Below are positions 23,399 through 44,510 of a stretch of DNA of 64,000 nucleotides, piece after piece. Source of the DNA: the human T2T-CHM13v2.0 reference genome, Homo sapiens; the NCBI RefSeq assembly GCF_009914755.1, contig NC_060934.1, one strand, 5' to 3'. The notes below the pieces were generated by a model. It was given only the letters and a program-made list of their open reading frames with translations. It had not been told where the DNA came from and ran no database searches. Numbering within the stretch: position 1 is the stretch's first letter; each line of letters starts with the position of its first letter. Made by a program: the position numbers and the translations under genes.

Positions 23399-23501
23399 TT
23401 CTGAAACACAGACAACATCAAGGGGGAAAGAAAGTGAAGATTCATCTTATAAGCCAATTTTTTCAACACTTCCTGAAACCAACATTTTAAATGTGGTTAA
23501 G
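23399..23501 (+). CDS. SLF2: SLF2 exon 12
   Basis: ctcaatag|TTCTGAA...GTTAAG|gtagga; [34 protein letters not shown]. Confidence 0.92.
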
Positions 23502-24093
23502 GTAGGAAAGAACTTTTATGTGTCTTCTGCTCAGAGCTAGAACCATTTAGTCTGTGGTTAATGGTTTTTAAAAAAAAAAAAGTCTCGGCCGGGCGCGGTG
23601 GCTCACGCCTGTAATCCCAGCACTTTGGGAGGCCAGGGCGGGCAGATCACAAGGTCAGGAAATCGAGACCATCCTGGCTAACACGGTGAAAACCCGTCTC
23701 TACTAAAAATACAAAAAATTAGCCAGGCATGGCAGCGGGTACCTGTAGTCCCAGCTATTCAGGAGGCTGAGGCAGGAGAATGGCGTGAACCCAGGAGGCG
23801 GAGCTTGCAGTGAGCCGGGATCGTGCCACTGCACTCTAGCCTGGGCAACAGAGCAAGACTCTGTCTCAAAAAAAAAAAAAAAAAAAACTCTCTAGTTTCT
23901 TACCAGGTGATTTCCAGTCTCTGAAATTTCTTAGCAATAATCTTTGTATTAAAAATTGTTTTTGCTGTTTTTATTTTGTTTTAATATTAGTGATGAACAG
24001 AACTTTAAGTCAGTTACATCATTAAATAGTTTTGAAACCAATAGTTTTTTATAAGTAGGATGTATGAAGAAAAAAGACTTACAATACAACTTA

Positions 24094-24452
<359 letters not shown>

Positions 24453-24702
24453 TTAGTTGCTGAATTGAATCAGTGATACAGAACCATTAAGAAAATCTCA
24501 AAAATGGAAAATGGAGAAGAAAATGCCACTTAATTCAACTATTAACATTGAGTAGTTCTTGCCTTCTTTTCTCTAGACATCGGATGTTTGTTTTCTTTAT
24601 AGTTCTTTTTTGCATCTTTTGTCAAAAAGAGTTTATAATTAAAACTCTAAAAGTAAAATATACCTCCTAAAATATTTTTGTCTGTGCATTTATGTTAAAC
24701 AG

Positions 24703-24879
24703 TTTCTAGGCTTGTGTACATCTATACATCCAGAAGGTTACCAGGATCGTGAAATAATGTTGCTGATTTTAATGTTATTTAAAATGAGTTTGGAAAAACA
24801 GCTGAAACAGATTCCTTTAGTAGACTTTCAAAGCCTCCTGATAAACCTGATGAAAAACATCAGAGATTGGAACACAAAG
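24703..24879 (+). CDS. SLF2: SLF2 exon 13
   Basis: aaacag|TTTCTA...ACAAAG|gtaatg; [32 protein letters not shown]...RDWNTK (ORF 24712..24939). Confidence 0.93.
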
Positions 24880-26411
24880 GTAATGTTACTTAAAACTTCA
24901 TTATTCATTTTTTATATAGCATTACAATTTGACTCATAGTGCATATGGAATTAATACTGTTTCTAAACTCAAGATCTTTGGCGGATTAAAAATGAACTGA
25001 GGAAGGGAATGTTTGCTGGAGCTGTATTATTTAAATTCGTGATAATTGAATTTTTTCTAAAACTTCAACTCTTTATCCAACAAAAATGTGTTTATTGGGG
25101 ATTTCCTATGGACTAAGCATTAATGTAGGTGCTAGAGATTGAGCTGTGAAAGAGACAAAGCCTTTGCCTTCATGGGGCTTTTGTCCTAGTCAAAGGGTTA
25201 GATAAACAAGTAAATGTTGATTATATTATCATGTCAGGTAGTAGTTAAGTACTACAAATGAAAATAAAGCAGGACATGAGTACAGCAAGACCAGATGCTA
25301 TGCTATTTCATATAAGGCTGGCAGGGAAAGGCCTTTCCAAAATAACCTTGGAGCAGAGACCTAAATGAAATGATGGAGTGAGTCATACCTACAACCAGAA
25401 TTTGAGTTGAACTTCTGCAACCATATGGAGGATGAACATGTATAATTTTTGTTAGGCCTTTTTAAAAATTATATTTTTCAGTCTTTTTTGGTGGAAAAAT
25501 TAAAATATGCAAAAGTAAGGCAAAGAGTATAATAAATTCCTAAGTATCACTTTGCTTCAATAATTGAGACATAATCTTGCCTAATGTAAAACCGACCCTA
25601 TATTTCCTTTCCCTGCTCATCAGATTATTTTGAAGCAACTGTTACGCTTTTTTAAAAATTGATACACAATGGTAATACATATTTTGGGGGTGTTAGGCTT
25701 TTTTTTTTTTTTTTTTCTGTAAGACAGCATCTCCTGTCACCCAGGCAGGAGTGCAGTGGCGCAGTCTTGTCTCAGTGCAGCCTCTGCCTTCCGGATTCAG
25801 GCGATTCTCATTCCTCAACCTCCCGAGTAGATGAGACTATAGATACATGCCACTCCGCCCAGCTAATTTCTGTGTATTTAGTAGAGACAGGGTTTTACCA
25901 TTTTGGCCAGGCTGGTCTCAAACTCCTGGCCTCAAGTGATTCACCTCCCTCGGCCTCCCAAAGTGCTGGGATTACAGGCTTGAGCCACCACACCTGGCCA
26001 GGTGTTAGGCTTTTAAAAATACTGGAATAGGATCCCTAAAGTGCAAGAAATCCCAAATCAGGAACATATATGGTCTTGTACAGCTCTCATACACATTTGT
26101 ATTTAGATCAGTTTATCTTTCCAAGAAGGACTGTTTAAATATCAATGGGAGATATGATGTAGTACAAAACGTGAAAGCCAAGTGAAATTCTGCTAAATGT
26201 ATCTGTTCAGTCCATTTAAGATAGTATAAGTAAAACTGAATCTGTGTATTGTGTACATTTTAGCAGATTCTAGACTCCATGCTATTTCTAAAAATGTGCT
26301 CTGTTTTGTACTAGTGCTTCCATTATGTCAAGAAGGGTTGTAGATGATCTGTTGGGTGTTTTATTCTACTGTTCTGTTTGAAAAGAAATCTTACATGTTC
26401 TTTTTTTTCAG

Positions 26412-26509
26412 GTGCCTGAACTCTGTCTGGGCATAAATGAACTCTCCAGTCATCCCCACAACCTCCTGTGGTTGGTACAGCTGGTCCCTAATTGGACATC
26501 ACGTGGAAG
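26412..26509 (+). CDS. SLF2: SLF2 exon 14
   Basis: ttttcag|GTGCCT...GGAAG|gtatta; [32 protein letters not shown]. Confidence 0.92.
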
Positions 26510-27132
26510 GTATTAAAAAGTGAAAATTAAACATTAAGAAATTTTATAATTTTACATTAATGAAATGCCTTGGGTTGTTTATTTCCATTCATCATTCTTT
26601 GAATGTTAGATCAGATATGTTTATTTCATATTCAGTTGCGAGAAAAGGCATTGATAGCCTGATTCTGCCTTATTCTAATTCTTAACTCAGGTCATTATGT
26701 AATTTTTTTTTTTTTGAGACAAGAGTCTCACTCTGTCACCCAAGCTGAATATTTTTTTATTTTTAATTTTAGTTTATCTGTTACCTTAATACAGATGACA
26801 TATTCCACAAAAATAAATGAATTAGCTTTTTTTTGCTTTAGTAAAAATAAATTTCATCAGTAAAAAAATAGGTTTTCTGTCAGTAAATCATCAGGGTCAA
26901 AGATAAGGCCGTTAAATGATTTATTGAGCTTCAGATAACTCAAGTTTTATGTACAGATATTTTACATGAAAATTTTACTGTTCTATAACAGCTTATATGT
27001 TCCTGTACAGACTTCTCTTGAAACATTGCCTATATTTCCAATTAGAACTAGAGCTCCTCTTGGCTCATTCATTTGCTTTTCAAGCAGTATTAATTAAAAT
27101 ACATTCTAAATACTTTTAACTTCTAATTCTAG

Positions 27133-27220
27133 GCAACTGAGACAGTGCCTCAGTCTAGTGATTATTTCAAAGCTTTTGGATGAGAAACACGAAGATGTTC
27201 CTAATGCCAGTAATCTGCAG
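27133..27220 (+). CDS. SLF2: SLF2 exon 15
   Basis: ttctag|GCAACTG...CTGCAG|gtataa; [29 protein letters not shown]. Confidence 0.92.
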
Positions 27221-28063
27221 GTATAAATAAATACATTTTTATTTTTAATAAATGGGAGAGGTAATGAGAGGTGTAAGGAAAATTGATGAACCCTAAGTCA
27301 AAGGTCCTGGGGTCAGAGCTCAGCTCTTAAGCTTGATACTGTTCATGTAATCTCTAGCACACTTAACTAACAAGATCCAATTTTTTCATCTGTGAAATGG
27401 AGATAATATTGCACCCTCCACCACTTAGGGTGGTTGTGGACAATCAGATGTGAATTAATGTATAAAGAAACTACTGGGAAAATCATAATGTGCAATTATA
27501 TGAATATGATTTCATTTATTGAATTAGTTCAGCTTTTCCAAGTTAGCAATTTTATCACAAGATTAGAAATTGCAAAACCCTTGTACATTGATTGCATCTT
27601 TAACCTGTTTTAAAATGAGTCTTTTTAGATCATAGAGCTTAAATGTAGTTGCCCTCTAGTACTTGTTCAGTAAGAATATATCATGTATATATGAGAGTGT
27701 GGATAAACATGTCCAGCTGTTGCTGGGTACTGGTGGCACACACCTATCGTCCCAGCTACTTGGGAGGCTGAGGCCAGAGGATCCTTTGAATCCAGGAGTT
27801 CAAGTCCAACCTAAGCAACATAGGGAGACCTTGTCTTTAATATATATATGAATGTTTTTAATTAAAAAAAATGTCCAATGGAAGTCCCACTCTGAGTAAA
27901 ATTCTGAAGGCTTTTTATAAACATTGATAGCACTAATGGGGCTGCCCTTGCTTGGATTTGAAAACTCACCATAGGATGGGCACAGTGGCTCACGCCTGTA
28001 ATCCCAGCACTTTAGGAGGCCGGGGCAGGTGGATCACGAAGTCAGGAGATCAAGACCATCCTA

Positions 28064-28371
<308 letters not shown>

Positions 28372-28960
28372 TTAGAGACTCTGCCCTTGAAAACATAATC
28401 TAATGGTTGAAACAAAATTAACCAACTCTTATGGGTTAGTGTGGTAAGAACAGTAATCGAAGCATGCACGAGATGCTGTGGGATGGAGAGACTGATGGGC
28501 ACAGCTGGTTTCTGCTTTAGTAGAATTGAGGTAGATTTGATTCCAGATATATGGGGATCATGCTGGAGCTACCAGGATAATTAGCAGATAGTTCTCATTC
28601 CTTTCATTGATATTTACTGCCTTCAAAAGAGATCCGGGGATAGGATTTCTACCATTTCTCCTAACTTTTGTTGTTCTGTTACTTTTTCCTTTTTTGCCCA
28701 TGTAAAATAGAATAATTAGCTGAATAATTACATGAATAATTAACCCTCAAACTCACTAACTGATATTCAAGTAACAATCTAGTTGTGATTTTTACCACAA
28801 CTTCTTGTAGTTCTTCTCAGAATTCAATGACTTCTAACCACAGAGTCAACTTTGTTGACTTTCAAATAATTTAACAGAGAAAGCATTCCCTGTGGCCTCT
28901 ATGATAATATCGTTTGGTCTCCTAAGCATTTATCCTAAGTTACAAGTACTAAATCTTTAA

Positions 28961-29284
<324 letters not shown>

Positions 29285-29448
29285 TAAGCAATTCAGGGTT
29301 TTACATAAAGGGAAAATGGATATTGTTAAGTGTAAAGAAAGCTATAATAAAAGGACAAAATGAAAGAGTACACACTGGAAAAAAATAGCCTAAGAAAGAA
29401 CAACTATATTATTTAGCTTTGTTCAATGTCTCCTCTTTCTTTTGATAG

Positions 29449-29580
29449 GTATCAGTCCTACATCGCTATCTTGTGCAGATGAAGCCTTCTGATTTGTTAA
29501 AGAAAATGGTCTTGAAGAAAAAGGCTGAACAACCAGATGGCATTATTGATGACAGTCTTCATTTAGAACTTGAAAAGCAG
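29449..29580 (+). CDS. SLF2: SLF2 exon 16
   Basis: tttgatag|GTATCA...AAGCAG|gtatcc; [44 protein letters not shown]. Confidence 0.92.
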
Positions 29581-30048
29581 GTATCCAGTGCTAGAAGGTC
29601 TCAAAGAGTACATAGAAGCATAACTGTTATCAGCTTACTAACCATAGACTGATATGTAGGCATTTCTGGATTTGGACACTAGACACATTCTAGCAAACAT
29701 AATTTTAAAGCGAATAATATTTTTAATTTATCACTGTCATGAAATTCTTCCATAAATTTGAGAGTTGAAAATTTAGGTAAAAGGATGATTGTTGGTAATT
29801 TGCTCCCAAGAGTATTTTTTGTAGCCCTTTATTAGGGCAGTCGTGAGGTCATGAATCATGGTAAAAAGAATGCACTTGAGTTAGAAATGAGAAAGCCTAG
29901 TTTAGATGCTTCGCTTTTACTTACTGACCAGCTGGGTTAACTTGACCGTATCCTTTATCCTTCCTGGGCAATTTTCCTAATGTGTAAATTGGAATGACAT
30001 CTATGCTAGCTAATTCATAGGTGTTAATTTTATTCATTTCTCTAACAG

Positions 30049-30126
30049 GCATATTACCTGACCTACATTCTTCTTCATTTAGTCGGTGAAGTTAGTTGTT
30101 CTCATTCTTTTTCTTCTGGACAACGG
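30049..30126 (+). CDS. SLF2: SLF2 exon 17
   Basis: tctaacag|GCATAT...CAACGG|gtaggt; [26 protein letters not shown]. Confidence 0.92.
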
Positions 30127-30309
30127 GTAGGTAGTGTTTAGTGTTGTTGCTGCTGTTTTTAAATAGGTGTTACTGATGATGGAATGAGTGAGCATGCTTT
30201 ATATAGGAGAAAACTATGTAAACTTTTCTTAATATAAAAGCTAATTGATTTTGCTATAAGAATTCCCATGTATACCAGAAAGAGGGGCATGATAATGGTC
30301 TTGTAACTA

Positions 30310-30673
<364 letters not shown>

Positions 30674-30769
30674 TTAACCATTATACTTTGGCAGCAGTAT
30701 AATATATTCATAAGATACCAACATCACCAAATACCAAATGGGCTGGTGTTGTGCTGGACCCATATTGAC

Positions 30770-31095
30770 TCCAGTAGAAATGGCAGTCAGGTGGCAGCAG
30801 GCTACACAGGAGAACTGCTACCATCTGTAGAGACCATGCAGTTTACATAGCATTTTCACTTAGCACCCTTTACCTAGCAACCTCCATGTAACCAAGAACA
30901 AAGGGCCTGCATCCCGTATGGCCTTACAAGGGATGAGCCGGGGGTTCAGATGTCCTTCATAGGTAAGGAGTGAAACTCCATGTTGGCCACTCCCAGATTA
31001 TTTGGCTTGGGACTCCAGTTACACATTCTTCTTAGACCATAGGTTCATTTTCAGAGTATGCTTTAGTTATTGCTGTCAGATGCATCTGCCATACA
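30770..31095 (-). mobile_element. LTR-type interspersed repeat (subfamily not determined), homologous to 57160-57560
   Basis: Minus strand starts TGTATGGCAGATGCA.CTGACAGCAATAACT; shares long blocks with the second copy. Confidence 0.65.
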
Positions 31096-31318
31096 GCCAG
31101 CTTTTAGCTCGTTTCTTCCCATTTCTTTGCCATTCCCCTTTTGTTCCTTTAGAAATAACATTTGCCTTCAAAATTAAACTGATGGTAAGGCAGGCTGCTT
31201 TGGAAATGCATTTCTAATATTCAGATTTTCATTTTGAATTATTCTTCCCATACTCCTGGGGAAAGATCTTGCTTAATTCCTTTTATTTCATATCTTAACT
31301 ATTCCAATTCCTGTTTTA

Positions 31319-37460
<6,142 letters not shown>

Positions 37461-38803
37461 AACATACTTTTTTCTAAAGATTTTTTTATTCCAAGATTAT
37501 CTTTTAGCTTTGATAATGTAATACAATGCTGATTCTTTTTGCCTCTTGTCTTTGGATAGTCATTGAATGTGAAGCCTCAGCTTTGTAACTTAATATCTTA
37601 CATTAATTAGCTGCAAAGGTTAGTCATTTGAACAATGCCCATTCAGATTTAACATATGTATTTATTTTAGTAAATTTAAGTTAAATACAAAAATAAGCAA
37701 CTAATGAAGTTATCAGATTTCTGATTTTCAAATACATGTAGGGGATAGCTCTTTCCCCAAGAGTAGAACTCTAGTTTCAGAAGCACATTCTTTTGAGCAT
37801 TCATTGACCAGAATTGCTGGCCTGTAGAACTTGGTAGTGGCTACTACTGACAGCCATGCTAAAAGGGGACCACCCAAGTTTTATGTTTCTTAAAGACAAG
37901 GGCTTGGCACAGATTGTTGCCAGTGCTTCTCTTACTTAAAGTGGAAAGCGACACAGTGGTCTGTGGAAATTGCTTCAAGGGATGGTCCTGCTGAAATAGA
38001 TGAGTTGCCTGCCTCTCCAAAAGCCTCTATTATAGAAAAGTTGGTGATTGTTTTGGAGAAATTTGAACTGTAGATGAAGAAAAAAGCATAGATTGTAGTT
38101 TACTTTATAAATTTAAAGCTGCTATAAAATTCCTGACTTGTTGAAAACATGTTTCTCAAGCAGTTATGTTCAATAGCTAATTGAGAATCTCTAGAGTGAT
38201 AGAGTTTGGGTTTTGTGTTACAGTTTCAGTTGTGCACAGACACTTGCTAAACCTCCAAATGTAGGAAAATACGAGGTATTTAAAGGGGATTCGTAGTACT
38301 TGGGCACAAGCATGGAGAGGAGTAACAGTGAATTTTGGATCTTCTAATAATGTGGAGAGGGACAAATAAACGTTTTTTTTATGGCTTTGATCCTTTCAAA
38401 GGGAAGCTGGGAAGGGAAGGCACAGAACAGCCAAAGCCTTGGGCCCTGTTGACACAGACCACCCTTCAGCTTCTCTATCTGGTTGTTCAAAAGCCAGCGA
38501 GTTAAAGTTAAGTTCCTTTGAAGGCAGAGAATGTGTTTTTGGGGATGATCTTCAATAACAGGAAAATTAAATCATAAGCATTCAATAGTTTAGATTATGA
38601 TGATAAAGGGAGTCTTATTAATTTCTATGATTTGAAATCTCCTTCAAAAGATGAGTAGTTTATTTTCTCTTTGTTGACAGAAATCAAATTGAGTTGTTGA
38701 GTGTGGGCCTGTTGCAGCTGTCAGATATTTTGTGTAGTGTTAAGCTGATTGTAGGTGAGAATGTTTTAATCTGATCCCTTTTCCTGTTTTTGATATTTTT
38801 AAG

Positions 38804-38872
38804 GTGAAAGACTTGGTCGCCAGGATACATGGAAAATGGCAGGAAATAATCCAGAACTGTCGGCCTACTCAG
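38804..38872 (+). CDS. SLF2: SLF2 exon 19
   Basis: tttttaag|GTGAAA...ACTCAG|gtgtca; [23 protein letters not shown]. Confidence 0.92.
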
Positions 38873-38947
38873 GTGTCATTTTGTTATACAATTTCATGTA
38901 TTCTTAATAGTTTTGCTGAATGGCACTCTTCATACTGTTTGAAATAA
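38873..38947 (+). CDS. SLF2: SLF2 alternative C-terminus by readthrough of the exon 19 donor ([24 protein letters not shown])
   Basis: Open 24-codon frame after a weak donor (gtgtca), stop TAA 38945-38947; 13 aa longer than the spliced end, consistent with recalled long and short SLF2 isoforms. Confidence 0.7.
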
Positions 38948-39129
38948 AATAGGGTATAACAGTGCACTTGCTTCTAGTTATCTTAAGATAAACTGAAAAC
39001 GCCAGTATAATACATGGTTTGTAATTTTTTTAGTTTTCGTTTGCTTTATATTCATTAATTTATTTCCAGAAGTGGTTGAGCCCATTTAAAAATATTGCAT
39101 TGCATCAAATGGAGGTTATTCAATTAAGA

Positions 39130-40190
39130 GCATTTTTAAGACAGATCTATTGAGATAGAATTCACATACCATAGATTTTACCCACTTAACGTGTACAGTG
39201 GTTTTTATTACATTGACAGAGTGAATAACATCACCATAGTCTAATTTTAGAACATTTTCATCACCCCAAAAAGAAATCCCATACCCATTAGCAGTCATTC
39301 ATTCCCCTTTCCTCTACTACCTTGGTTCCCCTCCTGACTCCTCCCAAATCCTAGGCAAACACTAATCTACTTTCTGTCCCTATACATTTCCCTATTCTGG
39401 ACATCGGTAAATGAGATATACTATGTAATCTTTTGTAATTGGCTGTTTTCAGTTAATATAATAATAAGTGAATCCATGTTATAGCATGTACATCCCTTCT
39501 ATTGCCAAATAATTTTCCACTGTATGGATATGTCACATTTATTTATCTACTTATCAGACATTTGTATTGTTTTCACATTCTGGCTATTACAAATAATATT
39601 TCCATGAACATTTGTATGCAAGTTTTTATGTGAATATGTGTTCTCAAATGAAACATTTGAAAAGGAAGTCAAATTGCTGGGCCATATGGTAATTCTATGT
39701 TAAGTGTTTTAAGAAACTACCAGACTGTTTTCCAAAGTGACTGCATCATTTTATATTCCCACCAGAATGTCTGAGGTTTCTAATTTCTCCATATTCTCAC
39801 CAACACTTGTTTTTACTAAAGCCATAGTAGGGAGTAGGGAAGTAGAATCTCATTGTGGTTTTAGTTTGCATTTCCCTAATGATTAATGGTGTTAAACATC
39901 TTCTCATATGCCTATTGGTCATTTGTATAGCTTTTTTGCAGAAATGTCTATTCAGATCCTTTGCCCATTTTTTTCATCCCATACTTCATTTCAAAAAGCC
40001 TATTTTTGAATATAGTTATTTGTCTTTTTATTATTGAGTTGTATGTTCTGGATACAAATCCCTTATTAGAGATATAATTTGTAAATATTTTCTTCCATTC
40101 TGTGTGTTGCCTTTCCTTTATTTTTATTTATTATGTATATATTTTTGACACTTTTTTTTGATGTTATATCTAAGGAGTCTTTGCCTAAGA
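39130..40190 (-). mobile_element. Old L1 (L1M) 3' fragment
   Basis: gaacattttcatcaccccaaaaagaaatcccatacccattagcagtca and ctcattgtggttttagtttgcatttccctaatg L1 signatures. Confidence 0.8.
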
Positions 40191-40249
40191 GGGACATTTT
40201 TTTTAACACCTGCTAGTAAGTGTGCCAGCCTGCTTGTTTACAGAGTAAC

Positions 40250-40765
<516 letters not shown>

Positions 40766-41252
40766 TAGAAGTTGCTTATATTTTATATCAAAATAATAGG
40801 AACACTGAATGTTAAGTAGATAAAGCAATCTCTCTATTTTAAGTCTTTGAGAAATCTTATATTTATGTTTTGTTGTTTTTGTATTTGTTTCTAACCTTAA
40901 TAGATTTTCTTTTAATGCTGGTCATGTACTGATGTGGTATTAAAACAGAAAATAATTTAATAGCAAAACTATACTAATCAGCTTAACATTATTTAATCTG
41001 CTTAACTAAGCCCCTCCATGTGTGCAGTGGTGAGAAAAACATCCTGCACTTATTTTTTACTGTTTTTTGTTGTTTGACTACTGAATGTGAAATTTGAATC
41101 TGATTACCATAAATTTTCAGAGAAGTCAATATAAAGATTTTATTACTTGTCTTATCAAAGCCCATTGTCTGATGATTAGTAGTTTTATAAGGATTAATTC
41201 ATAATATGATTAAATTTTGCTTTACCCTCTTTTTTCTCCTTCCCTTTTTTAG

Positions 41253-41288
41253 GGGCAGCTTCATGACTTCTGGGTACCAGATTCTTAA
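41253..41288 (+). CDS. SLF2: SLF2 last coding exon (GQLHDFWVPDS*)
   Basis: Strong pyrimidine tract, tttag|GGGCAG; phase 0 matches exon 19; TAA at 41286-41288. Confidence 0.92.
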   Translation, partial: GQLHDFWVPDS

Positions 41289-42212
41289 TAGGAGTTGCAG
41301 CAGCAAAAATATGAACCAAGAGAAATTCAATAAGAGCCTTTCATAGAGGAGTAGAAAGGATTATTACAGAATCCAATGAATGCCAAGAAAATGTACAGCA
41401 AATGTGCCACTTGAATATCTAGTATGAAGCTGGTAATGAAGAAATTGCCATTTCTGAAGCAGATATGAAATATGATCTGCTTAATTGTTAAGGCAACTGA
41501 CCTTTCAAAAGTGCAGAGTCTTATTAAAAGAGGGGAGGGGTAGAAGCAGAATAATAGTCATATGTCTAACCTGCCCCAGTTAACTCCTCTTGTTAAATTA
41601 TAAGCCAGTTATCTTTTTTAGATAGTATTTTTGTCACTTGGATAATCACAGGAAATATATAAGAAAAGAGCTTGGACTAACTTGAGAAGTTGGACATGGA
41701 AAGCAAGACCAAGTTCCAGTTGGGTTTAATTTTCCCTCTTGGTTATTTTCGGACACAAAGGGAATGCTTAAAACTGAGTTTAGTAATAAAAAGCATAAAT
41801 CTCTTCTGTAACTTTTATAAACCACAGGGAGGTTTCAATCCATGCATTTTCCTTCATTACTCAAGATTATAAATCTGTTTTTAAAATACATCTAAACAAA
41901 CAGTTGAGAAACAAAAGTTTGGCATGTTGTCAGATCCCCTTAAGAGGAAGAGGTTAAGCTGTAAAGTAGTGGCCCTGTTTTGATGCCAGAACATTCATAT
42001 GCTGTTTGTTCTGGATTTCTTTTAAATGCATGTATTTTAAATACTGGTTAAATCTTAGAATCTTGGCTATATCTTAGAATTCTGGCTCTTGGTAACCATA
42101 TTACAGAAGTCTATATTGTAAAAGCCTAAAGATCTGGACAAGTTTCCAACAACCTTGTTTCCATGAGTATATAATTTTGGCAGACACCTGAATTCTTTGG
42201 GACACTGTGTCT

Positions 42213-42248
<36 letters not shown>

Positions 42249-44510
42249 TTGTATCTTGAAGTTGTTGCACTTCAAAACCACAGCTGCTGTAAATTCTTAA
42301 ACACTGGAGAGCCATCCTTTGGTTTAAATGGTAGAGGGTTAGTGGAAGTGCACACGTTGTTTTTAGCCCAGGGGTAGTAACAAACTCTTACTAGCCAACT
42401 AGAAAATTATTTTGTTGACGAGATGTCCCTTTTAGGAGGGTTTGTTTCCTGAAAGAATGCCAACTTTTTTTGTTGTTCTTTCAGTATTGGCTTGAGTGAC
42501 CTGTTCTCCTGAGTGCTCTAGTGTCTCCAGTTGTGGGGGGGAAAGATGATGGAGGGGAACAGAAACTGGACTTGATGTTTGCGGTTTGAGAGGCAAGAAA
42601 ATAAAATAACTTTCTACCTCTAAATTGAGGCTTAGGAGTAAAAAGCATTTTGTCCTAAATTTATCATTTAAAATAGCATCAGTAACTTTTGAGCTCATGT
42701 CAATCAAGCATTGGCAGTCAGAGATTTTATAGGGAAGACTAAGTAAATCCAGTTTCCAAGAACCTAAACTGATTGAGGCTCCAAGAGTCAGACCAACAAA
42801 AGTTTTATTCTGTGTTGTTTACTGGTAAGAATATTATTATCTTGATACTACCTCTCAAGGGTATTGTTACAAAATGCCACTTATGGTTAAAGAGATAGAT
42901 ACAAAGAGTTCTATTTGACAGAAGCTTGAAACTCTGGCATCTATCTGCCCAACGATGGGGGCTTTCGTTCTGTAATTTAATCCTTTGTAGATACATTATT
43001 TGTGTGTAATTTTATACGTGTTCATATTTTTCTCATTTTGCATTGTGTAAAGTGTACAAAATCTCAAAGTATAAAATACTGCTTATATTGCTTGTAATTT
43101 ACAGTGTGTAAATATTTTCTAATTGTGTACATTGATGGGGGGGACAAGTGGGTTATTCAGGTTTTTTTTTAATGACCCTTTTGTATTGCAGTTTCAACAG
43201 ATAACTGTCCATCAAATTTAAAACCACTTTGATACATTTTTATTTAACAGTTCCAATAAGAAAAAAATCTCTATTTTTAATTATATTTCTCCTTTAGAAA
43301 AAAAATACTTCATGGTCCCTCTAAAATAAATGGCCAGACCTCAGTTTAGGCCCTTGTATTTATGACTCTGGTAGAGGTCTTCAGACTCCAGGTCATAGTC
43401 CAGTCAGTATTTGCATTTGGGTTCTCATGAAAACTTTGTGACTCTCTTTTAGCACAAGTAGCCCATGGTTTTTCTTCCAAATCAAGTATTTTACTTCTCC
43501 CTTGAGTCCCCATGCTTTGTCTCCCTCCTGCTGCTATTGCCCGGTGAATGGGATGGTAGAGAGGGAGAAATGTTCATTGCACAGAGAATGTCAGGCCACT
43601 TTGGGGACTTGGCAAACGAAGCTTGCACTGAGTGGTGGTGTGTTTGGCAATATTACTGTGCCAAAAATCACCTTGTCTAATTTTATGGATATGTATGGCA
43701 AACTTATTACCCTTCTTGCAAGCTGCACATTAAGGTACTTGTAAGTGTTTATGCTTTTGTGTGTAACTGTTTGCCTTTTCTAACTGCTTTTCTTGTTACT
43801 GAAAATATAATTCTACTAGTTTTATCACATTAAGAGGCTCTCCATGCACAAAATGCATTGATGTAGCCGTAAAGTAACAGCATTTGTACATTTTCTATCT
43901 CCTGATGGCAGTGGTGCCTTTGTCACCTTTTGGAAGGTTTGCATTTTGTTTCTGCTTTCAAGCGCAAATAGTAGCTTGCTTTCAGCTTCACAAAAATCTC
44001 CTCAAATGTAAAAGATACAAAATGGCGTGTTATCATCCAGGCTTAGTTGGAGTATTTGCATTTTTATTTTTATCAAAACAAATATAATTGGTGGGGACTG
44101 GCCAGTAATAATGTGTGGCGTCTTTAAGCCAAGAGTAATTTTTAAATTAAAAATGAAAATTTTAAGAGGTAGCCCATTAAACAAGCTACTGAGTTGGAGA
44201 ATTAGGGGATGACTGTGGTGGTTTGTCGCTAAGGAGGCAACAGTAGGGTCCAGGCGGCGGGGCACGTAGAGCAGTTAGCATGATCCATGGTTATTCCTTA
44301 CTCATGAACAGTGTCGGCGCACCTCATTATCTGTGCATTTGTTTTTCCTGGGCAGTCCTGTCAGCCAGTTAATCCACCAGCTCTTAGGAAGTAAATACAG
44401 ATTTTTTTCTTTCCTTTTTTTTTTTTTTAAAGATTTTATACTACATCTTGTTAAAGTCCTATGAATGTGTGTGTGTGTGTGCTATTAAAACTGCTTTTTC
44501 TCAGTTTGAA
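41289..44510 (+). other. SLF2: SLF2 3'UTR (approximate end)
   Basis: Repeat-poor AT-rich stretch after the stop; AATAAA at 41785, 42600 and 43325; ATTAAA at 44484 followed by a U/GU-rich tract. Confidence 0.65.
44484..44489 (+). terminator. Probable distal SLF2 poly(A) signal ATTAAA
   Basis: ATTAAA with downstream catgtgtttggtaatatttgttt GU/U-rich element. Confidence 0.55.

Noticed and set aside
29581-29652. Readthrough of the SLF2 exon 16 donor ([11 protein letters not shown]...ID*)
   Set aside because: Short open frame with no canonical poly(A) signal close by; no support beyond chance
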